Origin: Anaeromyxobacteraceae bacterium
Lineage (GTDB): Bacteria; Myxococcota; Myxococcia; Myxococcales; Anaeromyxobacteraceae
Assembly: GCA_032654565.1 (NCBI GenBank)
Contig: JAULAX010000011.1
Span: 33,824 to 97,823 of the forward strand
DNA length: 64,000 nucleotides
Direction of reading: 5' to 3'
The notes under the pieces were generated by a model, which worked only from the letters and a program-made list of their open reading frames with translations, searched no databases and was not told the DNA's origin. Every line of letters begins with the position of its first letter. The stretch's first letter is position 1. Below are positions 56,717 through 64,000 of the stretch, in pieces. The translations under genes and the position numbers were made by a program.

Positions 56717-57538
56717 ATGCACCTCCTCCCCCTGCTCCTCACCGCCTTCATCGTCGCGGAATCAGGACAGTCCGGACCCGCCGCAAATTCTGCCGCGCCG
56801 GCGGCCAGCGAGAAGGGCGCAGTTCCTGCGGGGGCCGAGGCCGGCGCCGGGGAGCTCGACAAGCTGCTGGCCCGGGCCGACGAGGCCTGGGCGGTGCGCG
56901 ACCAGCCCGGCCAGCTGGAGGCGCTGGCCGCCGCCCTGGCCGCCGCCGCCGAGAAGGCTCCCGCCAGCTACCCGGTGCTCTGGCGGCAGGCCCGCCACCT
57001 CGGCTGGCTGGCCGAGGATCCCAGGCTGCCCGACGCCGAGAAGAGCCGCATCGGCAAGCAGGTCTGGGAGCTCGGCGACCAGGCCCGCGCCCTCGAGCCC
57101 GGCAAGGTGGAGGGGCACTTCTTCGCCATGAGCGGGGTGGGGAACTACTCGCTCGGCATCGGCGTGCTCTCGGCGCTGGCCAAGGGGATCGAGGGGAAGT
57201 TCAAGGAGCGGCTGGCGCGCGCCGAGGCCATCGAGCCCGGCTTCGAGCGCGGCATCATCGCCATGAGCTGGGGCAAGTTCTACTACGAGCTGCCCTGGCC
57301 GAAGCACGACGCCAGGCGCAGCGAGACCTCCCTGCGCCAGGCCATCGCGCTCAACGGCGAGAACGTCCGCGCCCACCTCTACCTCGGCGACCTGCTGCTG
57401 GACGAGGGGCGCACCGAGGAGGCCCGGGCCGCCTACCAGCGCGCCGTCGCCATCGTCCCCGGCGCCTTCGACCCGCCCGAGCAGCGCCGCTGGCAGGTGG
57501 TGGCGCGCCAGGCCCTCGAGAAGCTCTCCAAGAAGTAG
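56717..57538 (+). CDS. Exported TPR/TatT-like helical protein
   Basis: Signal-like N-terminus, TPR-like helices; upstream of the acyl-CoA ligase. Confidence 0.65.
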   Translation: MHLLPLLLTAFIVAESGQSGPAANSAAPAASEKGAVPAGAEAGAGELDKLLARADEAWAVRDQPGQLEALAAALAAAAEKAPASYPVLWRQARHLGWLAEDPRLPDAEKSRIGKQVWELGDQARALEPGKVEGHFFAMSGVGNYSLGIGVLSALAKGIEGKFKERLARAEAIEPGFERGIIAMSWGKFYYELPWPKHDARRSETSLRQAIALNGENVRAHLYLGDLLLDEGRTEEARAAYQRAVAIVPGAFDPPEQRRWQVVARQALEKLSKK

Positions 57539-57565
57539 CTCACCCCACGACGAGGTCAACCGATC

Positions 57566-59365
57566 ATGAGCGCACAGAGCAACGTCAAGGCTGTCAACCT
57601 GGTCTCGGTCTTCGAAGCCACCGCCCAGCGACGCGGCGAGCAGGCCGCGGTCCACCACAAGAAGAACGGGGCCTGGGCCCAGGTCTCCTGGGGCGAGCTG
57701 GCCCGGCGCTCCCGCAACGTCGCCGACGGCCTGGCCGCCGCGGGCGTCAAGCCGGGCGACCGGGTGGCGGTGATCGGCGAGACCAACCTGGAGTGGATCC
57801 TCGCCGACCTCGGCATCCTCGGCGCCGGCGCCATCACCGTCACCATCTACCAGTCCAACCTGCACCACGAGTGCCAGTACATCCTGGAGAACTCGGGCGC
57901 CAAGCTGATCTTCTGCGACACCGAGGTGCAGGCCGCCAAGATCCGCGAGATCAAGGACAAGCTCCCCGGGCTGCAGGGGCTGATCTGCGCCGCCGGCGCC
58001 AAGGCGGGCGGCTTCGAGCGGACCCTGGCCAGCCTGGAGGCGGCCGGCGCCGAGTACGGCAAGGCCAACCCCGCCGCCCACGCCGCCCGGGTGGCCGCCA
58101 TCCCCGCCGACGCCCCGGCCAGCTTCATCTACACCTCCGGCACCACCGGCAACCCCAAGGGCGTGGTGCTCACCCACGGCAACTGGTCCTACGAGGCCAC
58201 CACCGTGGCCACCATGGAGCTGGTCCGCCCCGACGACCTGGTGCTGATGTTCCTGCCCATGGCCCACTCCTTCGCCAAGGTGATCGAGGCGGTCTGGTTC
58301 GCCACCGGCGCCGCCTGCGCCTTCGTCGAGTCGATGGAGAAGATCGTCGACAACGCCGGGGAGATCCGGCCCACGGTGATGCCGTCGGTGCCGCGCATCT
58401 TCGAGAAGGCCTACAACGCCGTGGTCAGCAAGGGGCTGGCCACCCCGGGCCTGAAGGGCAAGCTCTTCAAGATGACCATGGACGGCTTCGACGAGTGGGC
58501 CGCCGGCATGGAGCGGGGCGTCAACCAGTCCAACTGGAAGTTCGCCCTGGGGCGCAAGCTGGTCTTCCCCAAGCTGACCCTGGCGCTCAAGGAGCGCTTC
58601 GGCGGCCGGATGCGCCACTTCGTCTCCGGCGGGGCCCCGCTCTCCGCCAAGATCAACCACTTCTTCAGCCTCTGCGGGCTGGAGATCCTCGAGGGCTACG
58701 GGCTCACCGAGTCGAGCGCCGGCACCTTCGTGAACCGCCCGGGCAAGAACAAGATCGGCACGGTGGGCCCCCCGGTCCCCGGCACCCAGGTGAAGATCGC
58801 CGAGGACGGCGAGATCCTCATCAAGGGTCCCTGCATCATGAAGGAGTACTACAACAACCCGGCCGCCACCGCCGAGGCGCTCCACGACGGCTGGCTGCTC
58901 ACCGGCGACATCGGCGAGGTGGACGCCGACGGCGCGCTGCGCATCACCGACCGGAAGAAGGACATCATCGTCACCGCCGGCGGCAAGAACGTGGCCCCGC
59001 AGAACATCGAGAACGACCTGAAGACCGACTCGCTGATCTCGCAGGTGATGGTCCACGGCGACAAGCGCAAGTTCATCGCCGCCCTCATCACCCTCAACCC
59101 GGAGACCTCGGCCAAGTGGGCCAGCGAGAACGGGGTGGCCCCGGGGGCGCCGCTCTACGCCGAGCCCCGGCTGCACGCCCGCCTCCAGCAGACCGTCGAC
59201 GCCCTCAACGCCCGCCTGCCCAGCTACTCCTCGATCAAGCGCTTCGTGGTGCTGCCGCGCGACTTCACGCAGGAGTCCGGGGAGCTGACCCCCACCCTCA
59301 AGCTGAAGCGCAAGCAGGTCACCAAGAACAACCAGGCCCTGCTCGACTCGCTCTACGTCGAGTAG
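57566..59365 (+). CDS. Long-chain-fatty-acid--CoA ligase (FadD/AMP-dependent)
   Basis: YTSGTTGNPKG, EGYGLTE, TGDIG, DRKKD, ELTPTLKLKR. Confidence 0.95.
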   Translation: MSAQSNVKAVNLVSVFEATAQRRGEQAAVHHKKNGAWAQVSWGELARRSRNVADGLAAAGVKPGDRVAVIGETNLEWILADLGILGAGAITVTIYQSNLHHECQYILENSGAKLIFCDTEVQAAKIREIKDKLPGLQGLICAAGAKAGGFERTLASLEAAGAEYGKANPAAHAARVAAIPADAPASFIYTSGTTGNPKGVVLTHGNWSYEATTVATMELVRPDDLVLMFLPMAHSFAKVIEAVWFATGAACAFVESMEKIVDNAGEIRPTVMPSVPRIFEKAYNAVVSKGLATPGLKGKLFKMTMDGFDEWAAGMERGVNQSNWKFALGRKLVFPKLTLALKERFGGRMRHFVSGGAPLSAKINHFFSLCGLEILEGYGLTESSAGTFVNRPGKNKIGTVGPPVPGTQVKIAEDGEILIKGPCIMKEYYNNPAATAEALHDGWLLTGDIGEVDADGALRITDRKKDIIVTAGGKNVAPQNIENDLKTDSLISQVMVHGDKRKFIAALITLNPETSAKWASENGVAPGAPLYAEPRLHARLQQTVDALNARLPSYSSIKRFVVLPRDFTQESGELTPTLKLKRKQVTKNNQALLDSLYVE

Positions 59366-59475
59366 CGCCACCCGCCGCCCCGACGTCCCCGCGCGGCACG
59401 CCTTGACACGGCGTGACCGCGCGCCCTATTTGGAGGGACCGATTCTGGAGTCAACGTGAAGGGTGGAGGCGGTTC

Positions 59476-59814
59476 ATGGCCGAGACGGTGCAGAGCGTGA
59501 AGGAAGTCTTCGAGGTCCACATCCCGGCCCGGCTGAAGGCCAAGCCCGACCTGATCGGCAAGATCAACGCCGTCTACCAGTTCCACATCGCCGGCGCCGA
59601 GGGCGGCAGCTGGTCGGTGGACTGCACCCAGCCGGACGGCCTGGTCGCCGCCGGCACCGCCGCCGCGGCCCGCTGCACCGTCTCCATGGCCGACGCCGAC
59701 TTCCTCAAGCTGGTCACCGGCAAGCTCAACGCCCAGATGGCCTTCATGACCGGCAAGATCAAGATCCAGGGGGACATGGGGCTGGCCATGAAGCTCCAGC
59801 AGCTGCTCGGGTAG
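59476..59814 (+). CDS. SCP2 sterol/lipid-binding domain protein
   Basis: AVYQF, GKLNAQMAFMTGKIKIQGDMGLAMKL; SD GGAGG. Confidence 0.92.
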   Translation: MAETVQSVKEVFEVHIPARLKAKPDLIGKINAVYQFHIAGAEGGSWSVDCTQPDGLVAAGTAAAARCTVSMADADFLKLVTGKLNAQMAFMTGKIKIQGDMGLAMKLQQLLG

Positions 59815-59901
59815 CGCCCCCACCGGCCCCGGCCGCCCTCACGCGGAGCCGGACGATGGCCTTGACGGGGGGTCGTCGCGGCGACAGATTGGGGGAGACG
59901 C

Positions 59902-60162
59902 ATGCGCGCCCTCATCGCCGCCACCCTCGCCCTCCTCCTCACCGCCGTGGTGGTGGCGCCGCACGCGCACGCGGCGGCGCCGGGCGAGGAGTGCGGCGTG
60001 TGCGTGGTCCGCAGCGGCGGCGAGGCGGCCACGTCGCAGACCCCGGTCCTCTCGCCCCTGCCGCTCGCCCTCGGCGAGCTGGTGGCGGTGCCCCGGTCGG
60101 TCCCTCGGGACGGCGCGCCGCTCGGCGCCATCCCCGGGCAGTCTCCACCTCCGCGCGCCTGA
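59902..60162 (+). CDS. Small DUF2946-like protein (signal peptide, HxH, CxxC, C-terminal xSPP)
   Basis: MRALIAATLALLLTAVVVAPHAH...CGVC...GQSPPPRA; first gene of the metal uptake operon. Confidence 0.65.
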   Translation: MRALIAATLALLLTAVVVAPHAHAAAPGEECGVCVVRSGGEAATSQTPVLSPLPLALGELVAVPRSVPRDGAPLGAIPGQSPPPRA

Positions 60163-60234
60163 CGCCGGTCGTCCCGACGAAGTTCTGTATGCTCCGTGAC
60201 GTGGCGCGCCCCGGGCGCGCCGAGGTGACCTCAC

Positions 60235-61344
60235 ATGCGTTCCCCGTACCTGGCGAGCCTGCTCGCCGTGGCGCTGGCCAGCCCGCTGGTGGCCGGCGCC
60301 GTCGACCCCGCTTCGGATGCCGCCCCGTGGGCGCGCCTGCTGGTCCTGCCCGACATCTCGGCGGTGGGCAGCTTCGCGGCGGTGCACGACAGCGCCGACC
60401 TGGCCCGCTTCTCCCCGCGGGAGGGGCCGCAGGGGCCGGCCGGGAAGCCGACCTTCCTCTTCCAGGAGCTGGAGCTGGGGCTGCAGGGGGTCATCGACCC
60501 GTACTTCCGCGCCAACGTCTTCATCTCCTTCTCGCCGGGTGGGGCCTCGGTGGAGGAGGCCTACCTGACCACCACCGCGCTCCCCGGCGGCCTGCAGGTC
60601 AAGGCCGGGCAGCTGTACGCGCCGTTCGGCCGGCTCAACCTGCTCCACCCCCACACCTGGGAGTTCGCCGACGCCCCGCTGGCGCGCGGGCGGCTGCTGG
60701 CCAGCGAGACCCTGGGCGGCCCCGGCGTCGACCTGCTCTGGCTCACCCCGCTGCCCTGGTTCGCGGAGCTGCAGCTGGCCGCCCAGACCACCGATCCGTA
60801 CGACGCCGGCGACGGCCGGCTCACCGGCATCGCCAAGCTGCAGCAGTACCTGGCGCTGGGCGACGCCGTCACCCTGGGCCTCGGCCTCTCGGCGGCGCGG
60901 CGCGACGAGGGGGCCGGGGCCTGGCGCGACCTCGGCAACGTCGACCTCTTCCTCAAGTACCGGCCGCTGGCCGGGCGGGCCTACCTGACCCTGCAGGCCG
61001 AGCTCACCACCCGCCGGTTCCGCGGCCACCCGCCGGCGGCCATCCCGGCCGAGGCGGCCTTCCAGGGCGACGGCGCCAACGGCGCCGGGGGGTACGCCCA
61101 GCTGGCCTGGCGGCAGGACACCTGGTTCGGCTACGGGCTCCGCTACGACCGCGCCCCCTCGGCCGGCGAGGCCGCGCCGGGCGTGGAGCAGCGCTGGTCG
61201 GCGGTGGGGAACTGGTACTTCACCGAGTTCTCCCGGCTGGCCCTGCAGGTGGCCCACGACCAGCGCCCCGGCGGCGCCAGCGACTGGGAGGCTATCCTCC
61301 ACCTCGAGTTCATCATGGGCGCCCACGGCGCCCACCCGTTCTAG
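60235..61344 (+). CDS. Outer-membrane beta-barrel associated with Zn uptake
   Basis: Signal peptide; PDIS, IDPYFRA, FGRLNLLHPHTWEF, C-terminal GAHGAHPF; precedes the metal ABC genes. Confidence 0.75.
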   Translation: MRSPYLASLLAVALASPLVAGAVDPASDAAPWARLLVLPDISAVGSFAAVHDSADLARFSPREGPQGPAGKPTFLFQELELGLQGVIDPYFRANVFISFSPGGASVEEAYLTTTALPGGLQVKAGQLYAPFGRLNLLHPHTWEFADAPLARGRLLASETLGGPGVDLLWLTPLPWFAELQLAAQTTDPYDAGDGRLTGIAKLQQYLALGDAVTLGLGLSAARRDEGAGAWRDLGNVDLFLKYRPLAGRAYLTLQAELTTRRFRGHPPAAIPAEAAFQGDGANGAGGYAQLAWRQDTWFGYGLRYDRAPSAGEAAPGVEQRWSAVGNWYFTEFSRLALQVAHDQRPGGASDWEAILHLEFIMGAHGAHPF

Positions 61345-61353
61345 GAGCCCGCC

Positions 61354-62262
61354 ATGAGAACCTCATCGATGACGCTCCTCCTCGCCGCCCTGCTGGCGCT
61401 GCCCACCCCGGCCACCGCGGCGTTGCGCGTCGTCACCACCACCGAGGGGCTGGCGGCGCTGGCCCGCGAGGTGGCCGGCGACCGCGCCTCGGTCGAGTCG
61501 CTCTCCCGCGGCGTGCAGGATCCGCACTTCGTCGACGCCAACCCCATGCTGGCGGTGAAGCTGCGCGACGCCGACCTGCTGGTCGACGTCGGCCTCGACC
61601 TCGAGGTGGGCTGGCTGCCGCCGCTGGTCAACCAGTCGCGCAACGCCGCCATCCAGCCTGGCGGTCCGCGCCGGCTCACCGCCGCCTCGGCGATCCAGGT
61701 GCTCGACGTGCCCACCGGCGTCGTCGACCGCAGCCGCGGCGACCTCCACCCCGGCGGCAACCCGCACTTCCTCGCCGATCCCCGGCGCGCCGCCCAGGTG
61801 GCCCGGGCCATCGCGGCCCGGCTGGCCGAGCTGGATCCGACCGGCGCCGCGGTCTACCAGGCGCGGTCGGCCGCCTTCACCGCCCGGCTCGAGGCGGCGC
61901 TGGCCGGCTGGAGGGCCCAGCTCGCGCCGCTGGCCGGTCGCAAGCTCTTCACCCACCACCGGACCCTCTCCTACTTCCTCGACTGGACCGGGCTGGTGAG
62001 CGCCGGGGAGATGGAGCCGCGTCCGGGCACGCCGCCGCCCTCGTCCCACCTGGCCGAGCTGGTCACCCTGGCTCGCAAGGAGGGGATCAGGGCGTGCGTG
62101 GTAGAGAACTACTACGACACCAAGGCCGACGCGCTGGTGGCGCGACGGGTCGGGGGGACCGTGGTGTCGATCCCCGGCGACGTGGGCGGCGACCCGGCGG
62201 CCGCCAGCTACCTGGCCTGGATCGACCTGCTGGTGCAGCGTATCTCCGCGGCGGTGAGGTAG
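61354..62262 (+). CDS. Zn/Mn ABC transporter substrate-binding protein (ZnuA/TroA-like)
   Basis: VVTTT, QDPH, GLDLE.GWL, DLHPGGNPH, THH. Confidence 0.9.
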   Translation: MRTSSMTLLLAALLALPTPATAALRVVTTTEGLAALAREVAGDRASVESLSRGVQDPHFVDANPMLAVKLRDADLLVDVGLDLEVGWLPPLVNQSRNAAIQPGGPRRLTAASAIQVLDVPTGVVDRSRGDLHPGGNPHFLADPRRAAQVARAIAARLAELDPTGAAVYQARSAAFTARLEAALAGWRAQLAPLAGRKLFTHHRTLSYFLDWTGLVSAGEMEPRPGTPPPSSHLAELVTLARKEGIRACVVENYYDTKADALVARRVGGTVVSIPGDVGGDPAAASYLAWIDLLVQRISAAVR

Positions 62263-63038
62263 TGGCCACGGCCTCGGCCCCCACGCTGGTGGCCTTGCGG
62301 GGCGCCACCCTCGGCTACGGCGGGCGCGGGCTGCTCTCCGGCGTCGAGCTGGCGGTGGCGCCAGGGGACTTCCTGGCCCTGGTCGGCCCCAACGGCGGCG
62401 GCAAGACCACCGTGCTGCGGGCGCTGCTCGGCGCCCTGCCGCTGCTGGCCGGGCGGCGCGAGCTGCCCAGGCCGGTCCGGGTCGGCTACGTGCCGCAGCG
62501 CGACCAGGTGGACGCCATCTGGCCGCTCACCGCCGGCGAGGTGGTGCTGATGGGCCGGACCCCGGGGCTGGGGGCGCTGCGCCGGCCGGGCCCGGCCGAC
62601 CACCGCCTGGTGGAGGAGGCGCTGGCCCGGGTCGGCATCGCCGACCTGGCGGGGCGGCGCTACGGCGACCTCTCCGGCGGGCAGCGGCAGCGCACCCTGA
62701 TCGCCCGGGCCCTGGCGGCCGAGCCGGAGCTGCTGGCGGTGGACGAGCCGACCAACGGCATGGATCCGGCCGCCGAGCTGGCCACCATGGACGTGCTCCA
62801 CGACCTGCACGCCGGCGGCGGGCTGGCGGTGGTGATGGTCTCCCACCGGCTCGACGCCGTGGCCAACCACGCCCGCACGCTCGCCTTCGTCGACCAGGAG
62901 CGGGGCATCTTCCGGGTCGGGTCGCTCGACGAGATGCTCCGTCCCGAGCCGCTCTCTGCGCTCTACGGCCGAGCCGTGGAGGTGCGCCGCGAGGGCGGGC
63001 GGTGGCTGGTCCAGCCGGCGTTCGGGGGGCGGCCGTGA
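62262..63038 (+). CDS. Metal ABC transporter ATP-binding protein (ZnuC-like)
   Basis: 3' part of ORF 59463..63038; GPNGGGKT, VGYVPQ, LSGGQ, DEPT, SH. Confidence 0.92.
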   Translation: MATASAPTLVALRGATLGYGGRGLLSGVELAVAPGDFLALVGPNGGGKTTVLRALLGALPLLAGRRELPRPVRVGYVPQRDQVDAIWPLTAGEVVLMGRTPGLGALRRPGPADHRLVEEALARVGIADLAGRRYGDLSGGQRQRTLIARALAAEPELLAVDEPTNGMDPAAELATMDVLHDLHAGGGLAVVMVSHRLDAVANHARTLAFVDQERGIFRVGSLDEMLRPEPLSALYGRAVEVRREGGRWLVQPAFGGRP

Positions 63039-63874
63039 GCGGGCTCGACGGGTTCCTGGCCGCCCGCGAGATCTGGCAGGCGCCGCTGGTGGCCTCGCTG
63101 ATCTCCGGGGCGCTGCTCGGCTTCCTCGGCGTCTACGTGGTGCTGCGCCGCACCGTCTTCGTCTCGGCGGCGCTGACGCAGATCTCCACCGTGGGCCTGG
63201 TGGTCGGCCTCTTCCTCGAGGAGCGGCTCCACATCGAGGCCGAGCACGCCCACCACCAGCTGGGCATGGCCATGGGCTTCGCGGTGGTGGGGGCGCTGCT
63301 GCTCGGCGCCCTGCGTCCGCGGCGGCTGCCGGCCGAGGCGGTGGTGGGGGCGGCCTGGGTGGCGGCCTCGGCGGCGGTGGTGCTGGGGATCTCCAAGCTG
63401 GTCCACGCCAGCCACGACCTCGGCGGCATGGTCTTCGGCAACGCCGTGGCGGTGCCGGACGACGAGCTCTGGATGATCGGCGCGGTGGCGCTGCTCTGCG
63501 CGGCGCTCCACCTGGCCTTCGCCAAGGAGATCGCCTTCGCCTCCTTCGACCCGGAGACGGCCACGGCGCTGGGGCTGAAGGTCAGGCTCTGGGACGCGGT
63601 CCTCTCGCTGACCGTCGGCCTGGCCATCCCCGCCGCGGCCCGGGCCCTGGGGGCGCTGCCGGTCTTCGCGCTGCTGACCTTGCCGGCCTCGGCGGCGCTG
63701 CTGCTGGGGCTGCGTTTCCGTGCCGTCTTCGTGGCCGCCACCGCGCTCGGCGTGGTGGCCGCCGCCGGGGGCTACCTGGTCTCCTGGTTCGCCGAGACCC
63801 CCACCGGCGCCACCATGGTGCTGGTTTCGGCGCTGGCGCTGGTGCCCGGTGCGCTGCGGCGCGCCAAGGCTTGA
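63035..63874 (+). CDS. Metal ABC transporter permease (ZnuB-like)
   Basis: LGVYVVLRR, SFDPETA; multiple TM helices; GTGA overlap. Confidence 0.9.
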   Translation: MSGLDGFLAAREIWQAPLVASLISGALLGFLGVYVVLRRTVFVSAALTQISTVGLVVGLFLEERLHIEAEHAHHQLGMAMGFAVVGALLLGALRPRRLPAEAVVGAAWVAASAAVVLGISKLVHASHDLGGMVFGNAVAVPDDELWMIGAVALLCAALHLAFAKEIAFASFDPETATALGLKVRLWDAVLSLTVGLAIPAAARALGALPVFALLTLPASAALLLGLRFRAVFVAATALGVVAAAGGYLVSWFAETPTGATMVLVSALALVPGALRRAKA

Positions 63875-63925
63875 CCGCTCCGGCCTTTGCCGGTACAAAG
63901 CGCCCTCATTCGACTTCCCACCTGC

Positions 63926-64000
<75 letters not shown>

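Overview
A very GC-rich chromosomal window that looks like Anaeromyxobacter or a close Myxococcota relative, judged from gene content and synteny. Most of it is core genome. Motility and polarity genes: romR with its CheW-like and Rec-GGDEF neighbours, frzS with an ECF sigma/anti-sigma pair, a PilZ protein, a PilZ-DnaK fusion and a CglB-like vWA lipoprotein. Housekeeping genes: valS, nadC, birA, coaX, murJ, coaBC, a UDG, thiolase/CoA-transferase genes, rlmD, miaB, guaB/guaA, a FadD-type ligase, a Zn/Mn ABC uptake operon and an initiator tRNA-Met at the right edge. The best candidate for an undescribed system is at 13.3-18.3 kb. A REP-associated (RAYT, HUH-Y1) transposase sits behind a sigma54-type promoter and is bracketed by inverted copies of an 18-bp motif, TCCCGTCC(C/G)AGAGTAGTT. 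The TAG in these two copies serves as the stop codon of both convergent host genes. Two more tandem copies lie 3.7 kb away, and the motif-carrying strand appears strongly C-enriched for about 1-2 kb 3' of the perfect copies. Other notable signals are many apparently leaderless genes (including back-to-back -10 elements), a histone-like tail on ValRS with its own internal SD+ATG, and a DUF2946-like leader ORF in front of the metal uptake operon. All calls were made by eye from motifs and recalled families; no database searches were run.
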